Assembly: GCF_006345805.1 (NCBI RefSeq)
Contig: NC_043001.1
Location: 52,328,001-52,392,000, forward strand
Source: Octopus sinensis
Taxonomy: Eukaryota
Length of the DNA stretch: 64,000 nt
Direction of reading: 5' to 3'
In this document: positions 24,573-38,490 of the stretch, piece by piece
Layout of the letters: each line of letters opens with the position of its first letter
Numbering within the stretch: the stretch's first letter is position 1
Program-made: the position numbers and the translations under genes
Notes under the pieces: generated by a model
Seen by the model: only the letters and a program-made list of their open reading frames with translations
Database searches by the model: none
What the model was told of the DNA's origin: nothing

Positions 24573-27250
24573 CCTCGGTGACTGCGGTTTATCAAATGCA
24601 TAATCACTTGAAATATTTTGCATTATCTTCCAGAGTGAGAAGCTAACGTTAGTTACTTTCATCTCATTGATAATATAGTCAATATCGAGGTGAACCTAAT
24701 GGCTAGTGATTATTTGTTATTCTATAAATACGAGGGATGTTTCTGAGTGCATGTGTACAGTCAGAGACAATACAATGTTATTGTTATTTTTTAAGATATA
24801 ACACATGCATGGTCGTACTCTGTCGATATTCAAAAACCGAGTGAAATAATGTTATTTAGAAGTTAGCTTACAGTATTTTACCATTCGTGATACGAAGTTT
24901 CGATTTATAGAATTTTCGATTCTTAAAAAGCTTTGTCTCCTTGATCTCATATGTTGACATAAAACCTTTAGAATAAGCCAAACAACTTTACGTAAGCACT
25001 TACCAATTCCACAATCTTCATCGATGCTGTGAGTACTGTAAAATATCAGATTCAAGGAGTAAACCAGAAATATTTTTGTGATAACTCTACCAGCTACAAA
25101 TAGCAAGCAATTGTGCATTAATACAATATATTCGGCTTAAAATAGGAAAGATATATTGAATGGAGTAGTCCTAGAATCAATGTAGCTGAATAAAAGATGG
25201 GATATTTGCAGCTGGAACATGTTTTGTTTTATCTAATATGTTAAAGTATTTTAATATAACGACTAGGGAGCCTTTATATGGTCGCTGAAAATACTTCAAG
25301 CCAGAACCAAAACACTTAAAATATTTCGATAATATAGTTCTATATACCACTAAGAGTTGAACCCAATAACATAACGCAACACACCTACAGAAGGTCAAAA
25401 CGCACTAGAAAAAATGACAAAGCAAAAAAGAACATATAAAATGCTGCACGATCATGCATAGACCATCATATGCATTCCGCATGATCAACACAGAGGTCAA
25501 AACAAGATGAGCGGTCCCACAGATCTCTACAAAATAAAATCGTAATCCACAACAGCATACTGTTCACATACGGCTTCAACAAAGAAAAGAAAACCAAAAC
25601 ATTTAGATTACATCAATTATAAAATGAAAATGCACGCAATATAACACCTGGGCATGGAAAGAGTAGAATGCGTTGTTGCATCAAACCCAAACTGTCAAAA
25701 TACTTCGTAGGCAAAATGCTTGACTCCGATGGATTTCACATATAGAGTTTGAAATAATGGTAGGGATAGGTATTCAACTCAGAGCTGGATTGAACAATGA
25801 TGCTTTTAAACCATTTGATGAACTATTAAGCACAAAGACAGGCCCAGCAATTTATCGTGCTCCTATGAGTCGTAATAGGTTCAAAGAACTGAAAAGATGC
25901 ATAACATTTGAGGAAATGTCTACATGTGCAGCTCGAAAAAATGGTGAACATGGGAAGAGGTTTATTCAGTCATTCCAAATAAATTACAAAGCTGCCCCTT
26001 ATATAACTATTCATGAATCCCCGTTGTCCTTAAGAGGAAAATATTTATTCAAAGTGTACATGCAATCAAAACCGAGTAAATATGGTCTACGGTTGATGCT
26101 AGCAGATATACATATTTAAAGGACCTGAAGTCCCAGAACGACGGCAGGCTAAAAGAGTTTTTCGAGATCTCAGCAAAACTATTCTAAACTCAGGTAGAAA
26201 TATTACATGGGACAACATTTTACTGATGTTGGTCTTGTAACGACCTTAGGAATCGTAAGAAAAGATAAACCCGAAATGCCTCAATCATTGCAAGTCTCTC
26301 GGGGTCGCCAGCTATTGTCAACAAAGTTCGACTTCAGCAAAGAGCATCATCTTATGATGTGCAGTTATGTTCCAAAAGTAAATGAGGCAGCTATCTTCCT
26401 GATCACTATGCATTATGACAACAACATACAAGAAAGTGAACCTTTCAAACCATATATGATTGCAGATTATAATGCAACTAAAGGTAGTGTGGTTATATTA
26501 GACCAATTAGTCAATAATTACTCATATAAACGCATAACAAATAGGTGACCTTTAGTTATTTTCTACTGGATGCTTGATGTCGCAGCTGTTTGTTTCGTGG
26601 AAAACGGTCCTGATGCATATAGAGGACATCAAAAGCGTCGGCCCTCCCTTTCAGACTTGTCTGAACAACTTTGCAAGCAGCAAATCCAACGGCGTCTCTT
26701 GGCAGAACAAACAAAACTACCAAGACATGTTGTATTGCGCATGGAAGCCTTTGAGTGTGGCGAAACAGCAGGACCACCCCAGCATTAACCCCAAGAAAAT
26801 CGAAAACGAAGTTGTAGAAAGTGTCCAAGAAAGCTTGATAAGAAAACAAAGAAATCATGCACAGTATGTAGTGAACCTATTTGTGATGCCCAATGTAATT
26901 TGGTTATAAGTCAATTTGCTTCGTATGTGTTCTAGTAAGAATCGATATACTAAATGATTTTGTTTTAGTGTTATACGTATAGTTTCTAAACCTATAGAAA
27001 ATGTTGATTTCTTTTAATAAGGGTTTTTCAGTCAATAAATTATATTTCAATTCCCTCAATAAACGCTAATAATTACAAATATGACCCATAAAGTGCTAAA
27101 TTTCTTGTTCTGTATCATGCACTCAGACATATATGCAAGATTAAACAAATATTACTTTATGGATAGTGCGGAGATCCGCAAAAATAAAAGCGGTTCCTCG
27201 GGACCATAATGGTCCTTTGTGTAATTCGAACCCCGCCGGCCCACGAAAGG
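24573..27250 (+). mobile_element. Decayed piggyBac transposon (right end clear, left end tentative)
   Basis: Transposase fragments MSRNRFKELKRCITFE, YITIHESPLSLRGKYLFKVYMQSKPSKYG, GIVRKDK, DYNATKGSVVILDQLVNNYS, and a C-terminal Cys-rich CRKC..CTVCSEPIC. The right end is CCACGAAAGG|TTAA (TTAA at 27251-27254). An internal inverted repeat TCTGAGTGCATG-TACAG sits near 24743 and 27111. Confidence 0.88.
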
Positions 27251-27281
27251 TTAATATCCTTCTAATATTCATCCCTGAGAC

Positions 27282-27494
27282 TAAGGTGGCGATCTGGCAG
27301 AATCGTTAGCGCACCAGGCAAAATGCTTAGATGTACTTCGTCCGGCTTTATGCCCTGATTTCAAATTTTCTCGGTGAAATTTTGTAGTCATCCCTTCGTC
27401 GTTGGTTAACACAGATACCAGCCGGAGACCAGGGTTGATAGCCCCGATTTTCCAACTCCCCCAAAATTGCCGGTCTTGTTCAGAAATGTCAAAC
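27282..27494 (+). mobile_element. tRNA-derived SINE, second family (Meta-domain-like), decayed
   Basis: Head GGCGATCTGGCAGAATCGTTAGC and tail AAAATTGCCGGTCTTGTTCAGAAA. Same family as 28504, 42501 and 60724. Confidence 0.75.
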
Positions 27495-28503
27495 TAAAAT
27501 ACTCTTCACTGAAATTGTTACCTGCGGAACGAAAACGAGCCTTTAGGGAGGACGAACCAATAAAAATATCATCAGCAAGATAAAAATACAAAAACAAAGA
27601 AAACCAATATTATAATAAGTCAGCGCGATAGTTGCCGATATTGAAATTTATATATTTGTGGTATAAGCAATGGCCATATTAGTTTTTACCTCCTATGCAG
27701 TATTGTTTCATAGTTTATAGTTTCATAATTTATAAAATGGCATAATGAAAATTGAAAATAAAAATACAATTAATTCTCCATTTTTCCGTTTGCGTTTTTA
27801 AATATATTTCTTTTATGTTTTATAAGAGAAGTGAAAAATTAATAAAACTGAATTCAATTTACAATAGATATTTAATGATTAGAATAACTCATCTAAAACA
27901 ATGACATATTCGTTTTGTTTGTGTTCTGAATAGATCGTGTATAATTTTGTATCTTAGTTTAACAATCCAACTTACGATAAATGCACAGCTGTATAGGAAT
28001 TACCTCTTCCAAACTGTCGATGTCATATATGATGATGTCTTCCAAATTGGATTGGGTTGAACCTGGAATAGAAATCTCGACTTGCATTCAGCTTCTTCAA
28101 GAGCCTACATACTTAAGGCGTTCAAAACGGTGGTGGCAATAATAACATGAAACAGAATGTTTGATAATGCTTGGTGGCCATAACAAAAAAGTTGATTGGA
28201 ATTACGCAGAAATGTTTTTATTTCAATAAACTGTGTTATTATAAAATACTTCAATACGTTTATTAAATTTTGAATTTCCAGATGTTTATTTATCAAAGGA
28301 AAGAAATTTAAATTTCTCCAAACAGTTTTTTTTTTATTCGTGTTCAAACAGTGTCGAAATAATAAAAGCGAAATGAACAACTTAAACAGTTATTAATATT
28401 ACACGTAACGTGTTCGCCTTGTGACAAAACAGAAAACTAATATCACATCTGAAATTCATATCGTGTTTTACTCCTTATATGTTTAATATTTTCTGAAGGA
28501 GTG

Positions 28504-28703
28504 GGCGGCGAGCTAGCAGAATCGTTGGCAGGCTGGGCAAAATGCTGAATGGCATTTCGTTTGGAGGTCAATTTCCGCCGAGGCTGATGTTGTCTTTCAT
28601 CATTTCAGAGTCAATTAAACAAATACCAGTCGAGTACTGAGGTCGATGTAATCGTCTTTCCTCCACCACTGAGATTCTTGGTCTCGTACCAAATTTTGTA
28701 ACA
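28504..28703 (+). mobile_element. tRNA-derived SINE, second family (Meta-domain-like)
   Basis: GGCGGCGAGCTAGCAGAATCGTTGGCA...CTTTCATCATTTCAGAGTCAATTAAACAAATACCAG...GAGGTCGATGTAATCG. Confidence 0.8.
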
Positions 28704-29242
28704 AGTATTTCAGTAAGATGGTACAATGAACTGACAGAAAAAGGAGCGAGTGTCAGATTAAAAAAACTTTCAGCATGGCATACTCTATCAGTTATATAAA
28801 TGTTCAGATGGCCGCTAATTATGATGGGGCCGATAAAAATTAAATACGAGTGAATTAGTGTGTCTATTCATTAGGATTTACCTCTTCATAATTAAATCAT
28901 AGTGTCGCATTAATGTTATAAATTGGTATGACACGAGAGTACGGTAGTAGAGTAACAAGCAGTTGAATACCGAAAATATCTAGCAGTAATTAGTTATATT
29001 TCTTTACTTTTGCAACCCAAATCTAACTTTAATTAAACTTACATTCCATTTCTTCTGAATGTATCTTCTTTCTCTTGCCGCAACAATATTTTTTTTTGTT
29101 ATCTTTTACTACTTGTTCAAAAAGAGAAGAGCTCTGGCCATAACCAATAGTCATGGGAGGGAAGAGCGGAAGCTATATAATGTAAAATCTAAGAGTTTAA
29201 CAGTATGAGCAACAAGAGCTGGTACAACTGTTTCGGAGACAT

Positions 29243-29294
29243 ACATCTATAAATACTCCAACAACATTACATCTATAAATACTCCAACACCATT
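29243..29294. repeat. 26-bp tandem duplication
   Basis: ACATCTATAAATACTCCAACA(A/C)CATT x2. Confidence 0.9.
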
Positions 29295-30149
29295 ACACAG
29301 TATACCTTCCTGTATATACACATGTAGATATATGCACACACACACACACTCACACATACATGCGTTTGTGTGTGTGCGCGCATGCGTGTATTTTTATCAT
29401 GATATAATATCAGGTCCCTTATTGTTGTGCATTTCCATAACAGGGGTTGCTATCAATAATCTCTGACTCATAGAGTAGACTAGACTTTAGAGCTTGATTA
29501 AGGCTTCTAATCTAGAGATGGTAAACTCTGAAAGAAAATTCTCAGGGATCTGGAGGTTTTGATCTTGTTATATTATACGGCACACAATTGAAACATTCTG
29601 TGCGGGAAACTGCTCACTATGTCCACTCAAAATATGTTCAACTGCACAGATACTTCTAGTACATTATAGGCTCACTTAAAATCAAACTATTTTTGTAGCG
29701 CCCAACTTTCGATTATTATTAAGCGTAACGCCCCACTTTAAGTAGTTGTCACGTCTAGCCCTACCGCTCTTTTAAGCGTCGAGTTAGGTAGCACAACTAA
29801 ACTAACGTAATATGTATGGTAATTTATAAGCTTTTAACGGTGTGGTAATGTATGGTAATGTATAAGCTTTTAACGTGAAATGATGAAAAACTAATAACGA
29901 CAAAATTGTTAATTTACTTTATAGATTGCAAGTAAATGACTTCTCTGTGCCTGAGGAAGTCTCATTCTATCTTAATAACTATTTCTAGTTTTGTCATGTA
30001 TATAATTACTACTATATGTAAAAAATATAGTATCTTAATTATGTTACCTCGTGTCCCCCTCACTGCCTCCTAAAGCCTAACTTGTCATACTCGTCACTCC
30101 CTTAGCAGTAGATAATATCACACTTGATACGAGTATCCCTCAAGTTATC

Positions 30150-32340
30150 ATCGTCAAGGCAGTTTCTGCATCATTTCTTTGTAAAATGCAGGAGATCCAT
30201 TAACTGGATTAAAGATAACAATCTTGTAATAATGACATAAATAACGACGAATAAAATCAATACTTCTCAATCAATCAATCAATCCTAATTCTAATGATCC
30301 ATATAAGCAACTAAAATGAAAGCTACAAAATGCTTTGAGAGATATTAAGCAGCATTGATGGCATGACTAAGCCAAATAAACACAAATGGCAATGCGTCGA
30401 AAGGATACTAAATCATTTTTATCTTATATTAAAATACCTTTTCGGTACCAAAAATATTCTTCAATGGTACCTGTAATAACTGCAGATGGTCAGTCACTCA
30501 TAGCTGATACTGTTTCCATTCAGTGTAGTTTGGAGGTATACTTCTTTGAGGTCCTTAACGAGCCTTCTCTTGTAGACATACATATTGAATTAATGGAAAG
30601 TTTTCCAATTGTAGATGAAATGGCATCCAATGTATTAGAAATAACATAGATTCTCCTGTACCAAAATATATAAACACATCTCTTGGCCTGAGTGATAATA
30701 ATACTGATATACTCAAGCATGGACGAGAGTAAATAATAGATAGTTTCACAGAGTAATACACCTTTCTTAAGAGAAGAGGAAGATTCTGCGAGACTAGGTT
30801 AATCATATCTTGATCTCTATTTTCAAATCTGAACCAACGGCCAATGTTATTTTAGGAGAATCCTTTTTGTCTGTTGCTTGTTACCTGGAAGTTTCTAGCA
30901 CGTAATATTTCCGAAGAGATTGATAAGTCTTTTGGATCATAATTGTGGATTTGTGCGGAAAGAGGCACCAATGAAATGATCTCCGCAATCAGATAACCAG
31001 ATAACTCCTGGAAAAATGTATCAAATTGCACCTCGCTCGCTATTAGAATACATTTCGGCTGATGTTGTATAAATTTGGACCCCCTCAATTGTCTGTAAAT
31101 ATAATTAATTATCTTTATAAAGACACGCAGGAAAGAGCAAACTTTGGAGTAAATTCTCTGTTCTTTTCGCGGAGGAGAGTATTGCAAATAAGGGAGCACC
31201 TATTCTCTTTAAAATATGTATTCCTCCCATTGTCTATCATGTTTTCCAAGACAAAAATGAGGGGATATACGTAAGATATCGTACCACAGGAAGTGTCATC
31301 AATTTATTAAGTGTAAAATTTAGATTAAATTATACACCTCTGTCTAATAAGTAACTTACTGCATACTGATGACTGTGACATTGATAGTCACGGATGGTTT
31401 GCAATTGTTGGTTTCTACATTTGATTCAATATGTGATGTCTTTAAATTGATTATAAATTCAAGGAAAACTATAATTTTTTTGTCAAATTCCACTTCGTCA
31501 AGTTTTACAGCAACATATGAGCAAGGTAATCATAAGGTAATTGGATACTTCATATATCTTAGGAGATCGAACGTGGGATCCAGGAATACTTCTAAGGTAG
31601 TCAAAAGGTGGCAGAGTTTTTAGATAGTTTTAGAGACTCAGGTCTGGTCACAAAAGAATATAAACAATGAAATAAAGAATATCTGTTCATAAATACTTAG
31701 CGTTATCCTCTCTTTTATACTCTGAAACTTCGATGTATTACAAACATCACTTTGAACTGTTGACATGATTCCATCAAGAATGCTTACGCTGCATTCTGAA
31801 AGTAAAATAGAATTTACTGACGCTCGAATCTGCTCGAATCTAGTAGTATGACGTATTTTTCCATCCGGGCAATGATTTTTGAAAATCAACCGCGATGGTC
31901 TGGACTCACTCCGCATAACTAACGAGCGTACCCCTGGGTAATTGTTTTATGGGAGAATTTTTCATGAAAAAGGAACAATGTAAGCGAAAGAAAATTTTCA
32001 AACATTCATTGTAGTAATTGATCATAAGAGCCTAAGACAGACTTCGCCCAAACAATAGGGGATCATGTGAAAACTTTTGAGCAAGACAGGATAATTAAGG
32101 GAAAAATAAGAAAAATTAGCTAGTAAAGGATTATGAAGTTGGTGGAACCTTTTCTACTTGTAAGTTTTATGCAAAAATCTACCTCTCTCACTGGACTTCA
32201 ATCTCATACAGGAGCACACAGTACGGTACTTTCCACTGAATATAGAACATACCAAGGAGTTCGCCCTTATTAATATATTCCGCAGAATCTGCAAATCTCA
32301 AGGCGGTCTGAAGAAACATGTCAATGTTTATCAAAGTCAG
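30150..32340 (+). mobile_element. Highly decayed RTE-clade LINE ORF (linker, RT, C-terminal zinc-finger-like motifs)
   Basis: Fragments KDTKSFLSY...TADGQSLI...YFFEVLNEPS, CGF-AERGTNEMISAIR, LYKFGPP..VNIINYLY, DDCD...LQLLVSTFDSICDVFKLIINSRKT, FHQECLRCILKV, LFYG and LTGLQSH. Many stops and frameshifts. Confidence 0.8.
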
Positions 32341-33480
32341 CTCCCACAGGTAGATCAAGTTGCTCCAAAACTAGTATGCAATTTATTCACAGACACACAA
32401 ACACACACTGACACATATATATGAATACCTGTGTGTATATGTATGTATAGAATGTGACATCTACCAGCTTAGTTATTTTGTTGGATAGAATACATTGTTC
32501 TATTTTTTCTATATACTGTTGTGAGTTCAAATTGTGTGGAAATCAAATTTGCCTTCCATGTACTTTGCTTTGCTGACCAGTACAATTATTAGCTTTGATG
32601 ACCGGACTGTTGCAAATATCAGCGTGTAATTGGGATACCTTCCGATATCTGTTTTTACTGTTAGCCTTCTCACAGCAACGACTGTAGCGTTGGTGCTATG
32701 AACTAACAGACCTTTGCCTTAATTGTTATTTGGCGGTAAAGGTAGCATAACGAGTCGAGACTTGAATGAACGTGCTACTTTTCGCCCTTCGCCGATGAAG
32801 CGTGCACATACCAGCACATACATGTACAAATGAAGGTCTTCGTTGTCGATAAGTTGTTCTCTTCGAATCCGCGTGCTTTTATGTCCAGCTGCACTGCAAA
32901 CTACCTTGGATAGGAGCCTTTTGCTATAACACCAATCAGTTGTGAGTGACTATATTAGATTAAAACTGTGTAGGATATCTTATATATATGTATGTGCTCA
33001 AATGTTTCTGCGTTTGTGTTAATGTACAATTGTATCGCTCGTGTGGTTGGGCTGTTTACGACTATAAGCTTTACCAAAGGACAATGTTAGTGTAAGTACA
33101 AAATTTAAATAACGAATGAGGCCGATTTGTTCAACTCATACTCCAGCACGGCCGCAGTTCAGTGAATGAAAACTACTATTATAGATATTTTCTTCTATTT
33201 AGTACAATATTGTTTCTTTTTATGTAAATTGATTTCTTCTACGTTTTTTTTTTCACATTATTAGCCTCTATTGATATATGGATCTATTCTCTTCCATTAT
33301 AATCCCAATTTGCTGAGATTCCCTGAGCCTCTTAATGAAAGCAGAAAGTAAATCTGCCTGCCGAGATTAAATTCCTTTTTAAATAACCGTATACTATGTG
33401 ACTCCTTATGCATATATATTCATAATATGACGTTAATTCTCTGGTGTATATTTTATACATATTAGCGTTGCAATCATTAA

Positions 33481-33720
33481 GCCGCATAACTTAGTGGTTA
33501 GGTCGTTACGCTCATGATTGTAAGATTGGTGCTTCAATTCCTGGGGCACCAGTGCATTTTGATTTTAGGCAAAGCAGTTCATTTCACGTCGTTCCAGTCA
33601 ACTTGGCTGGTAAAATTTAGCAATTCTACGACAGATCGGTGTGTCCTGCTCACTGTTGGAGAATGTATACACAACAGACCCCGGGAAACTGACCTAATAA
33701 TCCTATGACTAGAAAATGAC
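33481..33720 (+). mobile_element. Decayed tRNA/CORE SINE (related to 167-462 and 52107)
   Basis: TAACTTAGTGGTTAGG...CTCATGATTGTAAG...TTCAATTCCT, then TTTCACGTCGTTCCAGTCAAC and CCCCGGGAAACTGACC. Confidence 0.65.
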
Positions 33721-34789
33721 CTTCGATCTTTTTTCTTTTACTCTGGCGTTTTAATTTACTAATAAGGACTTTACCACCTCAGGATTGCACATTCCATCTT
33801 TTATAAAGTAGGTAAAAATATTCTAATGATAAATAATACTAAAATTGAATGAAGTCATATTTCTTTATCATAAAACATAACTAATTATACGTGACTTTTG
33901 TACGTAAATGTATTTCACTGTATTTATAAGAATTTTATTTGAAATGTATCTCAATGAATATAAAATTGAATTAAATGCATTTTTGTATAACGAAAAATTA
34001 TGGAACCTGAGGTGGATTCGATATTATATCAAATACAATATATTGTAATTTTATATACTAATGTTTCAGTGTTACTTATTATGTTGTATATGTCATAAGC
34101 ATTTTTCATATCAGTGTAATATAAGAACAAGTTTCAAAGGTATTATTCAATTGCATATTCTTTACATGTTACACATATCGTTTTCATATAAAAATGCACA
34201 GGAATAAGATAGAAACGGAAACGGATAATAAAGCAATAGTAATCGCTAGATGAAATACATGTTTCAAGGTATATCCTTCAAAATGCATTTTCATATAAAT
34301 GAATATAATCGAAACGCCTTATAAAGTAAGTTTCTGAAGTTGCCCTTATTTCCCAGGTACATTCAAAGTTATTATATATAAGGAATGTTAAAATTCATAC
34401 ATTCAAACAAAATACCTTTTGATGTGATTTGAAATATTTATATAGAACTTTTGTTTCGAATAAAATGATATTTTCAATAAATTATTAAATATTGTTAGTA
34501 ATAATAAAAACTTCGGGAATAAAGAATTTCATATTCAATTGTGCAGGTTATATTGAACATTTTAGTAAATAATAAATTTAATGTAAAGAAATAACTTTCG
34601 ACTGATTTTTACATTAAAGATTGGGAGTATATTTATAATCCAACACAAAGAAATATACAAAAACGCACGAACACACACACGCACACACTAACACACACCT
34701 ACACACACATACAAAAGCAAACATATAATATCTAGATATCTTACAGATATAACCACTCACACTTAAACACACACGAGTACACACACACA

Positions 34790-34797
34790 CAAACACA

Positions 34798-34833
<36 letters not shown>

Positions 34834-34954
34834 TAGATACACACACATATATATATACGTATATTTTATATATCATATATATATATATAATACACATAGA
34901 TATATAATGTATACATACATGTATAATATTTATAGAGATACGTAATATATACAT

Positions 34955-35031
<77 letters not shown>

Positions 35032-35170
35032 TATGCATATATATTTAAATATTCGTGTACATATACATACAGATATACATATGTGTCTATATATATCTAT
35101 ATCTATATCTATATATATAGATATAATTTATATATTTATATATATATAAATATATAAATTTATGTATTCT
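34790..35170. repeat. (TA)n/(CA)n low-complexity tract
   Basis: Read directly from the sequence. Confidence 0.9.
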
Positions 35171-36066
35171 TATATACGCACATATATCTACGTTTTGCGT
35201 ATATATATACGCTGTGCGTATATATACATAGCATATATCTGTGTATCCACGCTTAACCATCTTCCCCACATATATATATGTGTGTGCACATGTGAGTGCC
35301 TGTATCTGTTTGTCTGTGCGTTTGTGTGTGTGTGTGCGTGTGTGTATGTTTGTGGATATGTGCACCTGAACGGGTGTTTATATAAAAATATGGCCATACA
35401 AACTATTCAGATGGATATTGACGTTGAGTAGGGGTACACATTGTAAGTAATGTTTACGAATTTGATTTTATAAATGAATGATAAAGTAGGAGAGGCTTCG
35501 TCTTTTTGGATTGTTTGGTTGTCTTTCACTAAGAAACAAATCTTCGTATTTTATGCTGAATTTCATAGAACTATATTTATTATAGCAATGGCAATGGAAT
35601 TGCTTAAAATATTGATTTTTCTTTTCTTAGAAGCTTGTTCCCTTTTATATTTTAGGAAAATATACTACTCAATATTTAATAGACTCCATTAGAACGAAAG
35701 CTCTTTATAAATTAGACATATATGGTTATACACACATACACACATACATATGTATATGTACATGTGTGCATTTTCGCTTGTTTGTGTGTCTTAGTGTGTG
35801 TTTATGCATACATATGTACACACGCACGCACGCACACATACACTCACACAAATATCGTGTACGTATATATACATAAAAATATATTTACGAATACAGATAG
35901 AAAAATTGTGCATTTTGTATATGTATTGCATATAGTAATTATTGACATCCGCATGCATACATATATGTATGTATACGTGCATATTTACATATACATACAT
36001 ACATACATACATAATACATGCATACTTACATACATACATACATACATACAAACATGTATACATACC

Positions 36067-36097
<31 letters not shown>

Positions 36098-37106
36098 AGG
36101 TATGTACTTATATGTACACAAAGGCATGTAAGAAGACATATATCCTCTTTAAAATACAGATCTCACTTCCTTTGATGTAGGCATTTATTCACTGAAAGCA
36201 GTGCATGACCAACTGGAAATTAATTGCTGCTTTGAGTAATGCGCTTGTGAAATAAATAAATGGAAAAATAGATTTAAAATTTACCTATTGGAAGAGAATG
36301 TGCATATATTTATTTTGTAGCAACATTTTGTGCCATTTCAATATTTGTGTGACTACTCGTTTTCTTCAAGTGGTGTTAAAAAGATAACTACTCGAGAAAT
36401 CTTCAAATATTTAGAGCCGAGAAGTGTGTAATATAAAGGACTAATTTCATTTTATATGATTGATGCGGTACTGTGTTTTTGATAAAATTAGATGTTACCC
36501 TGTCGTAAAAGCATTGTGAAAATATTTCCCTAGCTCTCATCTGGAAAAGGATATTAAATTTGAAGACTTCACATATATTAAGTTAGAAAACACAAAATTG
36601 ATATAAATCTTGAAGGCGTAAAATGTGTAAATCATTTTGTGTGGGAACTAAACACTCAGGAAAATCGCAATAGATACCACGTTATGTATAATTGAAACGT
36701 TTGTTTATGAGAGAACTATAAAAGTAATTAGACAGTTTTCGGAGCTATGAGTAATCTGCATGTGAAATAATCAAAAATAAATAACTTCGATTATACTTGT
36801 ATAATGCGTTCAGTTTATATGGCAATATTCACATGAAATTAACATGGAGCTGGGATGCAATTAAAATACTTAATTTCTTTTTTTTTACATAAATAAAATT
36901 GAAACAATATTTCTTCTGAGAATTAGTTGTGTTCATAAAACATCCGTTTGATAACTCCATCTATCAACCTTCCTTCTCCCCACTTCGTTTTCCTAACGTC
37001 TAAAATTTTATATTCTTACATTAACAAATCGGAGTAAATTTTTTATGTGTGTAATTTAATATATATTGAAGGGTACAAACGTGGAGAAACAGGTAAATCC
37101 TTCTCA

Positions 37107-37107
<1 letters not shown>

Positions 37108-37195
<88 letters not shown>

Positions 37196-37360
37196 GCTTC
37201 CGTGTGTATATACATATGCATACCTATATATAATCGCACACGCACATGCTTATACACACACAGGCACACACATATATATATATGTATATGCATATTTAGT
37301 GTGTGTGAATCTGTGTATATAACCATTAGTTATGTATATATATATATATATATAATATAT

Positions 37361-37410
<50 letters not shown>
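37108..37410. repeat. (TA)n/(TG)n low-complexity tract
   Basis: Read directly from the sequence. Confidence 0.9.
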
Positions 37411-37415
<5 letters not shown>

Positions 37416-37606
37416 CTGTCTATCTGTCTATCTCCATGGCATGAAAGAGAGGAGAAAGTGAAAGATGGACGCGTGTGTGTGAGATGTGATTGAGTGAAGG
37501 CGTCTTGTTATGTAGGTGTAAACAGCACCCACACCTCTCTCTCTCTCTCTCTGTATTTATGTATGACATGTATATGAAAGTAATGTGTGCGTGTGTATGT
37601 GACAGA

Positions 37607-38060
37607 GAGTGAGTGCCACTTACACATACATGCAAAAAATACATACATAGAACACATTTTCACTCACTCTCTCTGTTTCTCTCTATCTCTCTCTCGCACA
37701 CATACACATACTAAGAAGTTGTTGCATATGCATTTATGTATGTACGTGTATATGAAAGATAGTGAGAGAGACAGAGAAAGAGAGACAGAGAGTGCCACTT
37801 ACATATACATGACAACATGCACCTTCACTCACTCTCTCTTACGCATACACGCACATACGAAAAAGATGTATGCATGTACGTGTATATCAAAGATGTGTGT
37901 GTGTGTGTGTTTGAGGGAGAGAGAGAATGCCAGTTACACATACATGCAAATAATATACGACAGCAAACACCTTCATTCACTCTCCACCTCTCTCATACGC
38001 ACACACACTTCCGTTTCATATACATCTACATACACCTTTCACTTTCCCCTCTCTTTCACT
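37607..38060. repeat. Degenerate 3-unit minisatellite (~135-180 bp units) built from microsatellite blocks
   Basis: The anchor AGAG..TGCCA(C/G)TTACA(C/T)ATACATG recurs at about 37607, 37787 and 37923, each time followed by (C/T)TTCA(C/T)TCACTCTC. Confidence 0.7.
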
Positions 38061-38097
38061 TCCTGCTCTTACATCAAAGCAAATGTCGCCTTCTAAA

Positions 38098-38189
38098 TGA
38101 GTAAAGAAACAAAAAGTTTTTACGGAAATTCACGGACAATCATTGAGTAAAGTAACCAAAAGTTTTTACGGAAATTCACGGACAATCAT
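38098..38189. repeat. 46-bp tandem duplication
   Basis: TGAGTAAAG(A/T)AAC(A/C)AAAAGTTTTTACGGAAATTCACGGACAATCAT x2. Confidence 0.95.
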
Positions 38190-38490
38190 ATCTCATGTGA
38201 TCGAGTTTGACAACTATACTATTTGTAACGAAAGAATATCCCCTCCATAAAGGTCTAAAGGTTGTTCATGTACACATTCGACATTACAAAGGGCTACAGG
38301 CGATGTCATGCACCCTACACGAGCCAAGTTAACTTAATTTCTCTTGCAAAAAGAGGATAGCATTTTCTCTCTCAATATTTAATTGCAAGAGATATTATGT
38401 TGTTACCAAAAGTGTTAAAATTTTACTAACTTCTTCGATCTGTCACTGAAACAGAATTTTTTATTTCATTTTATACACACTTTGCTATCA

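Noticed and set aside
29130-29190. CCAAT, CGGAAG and TATATAA arranged like a Pol II promoter
   Set aside because: These are short motifs in AT-rich DNA with no downstream gene evidence.
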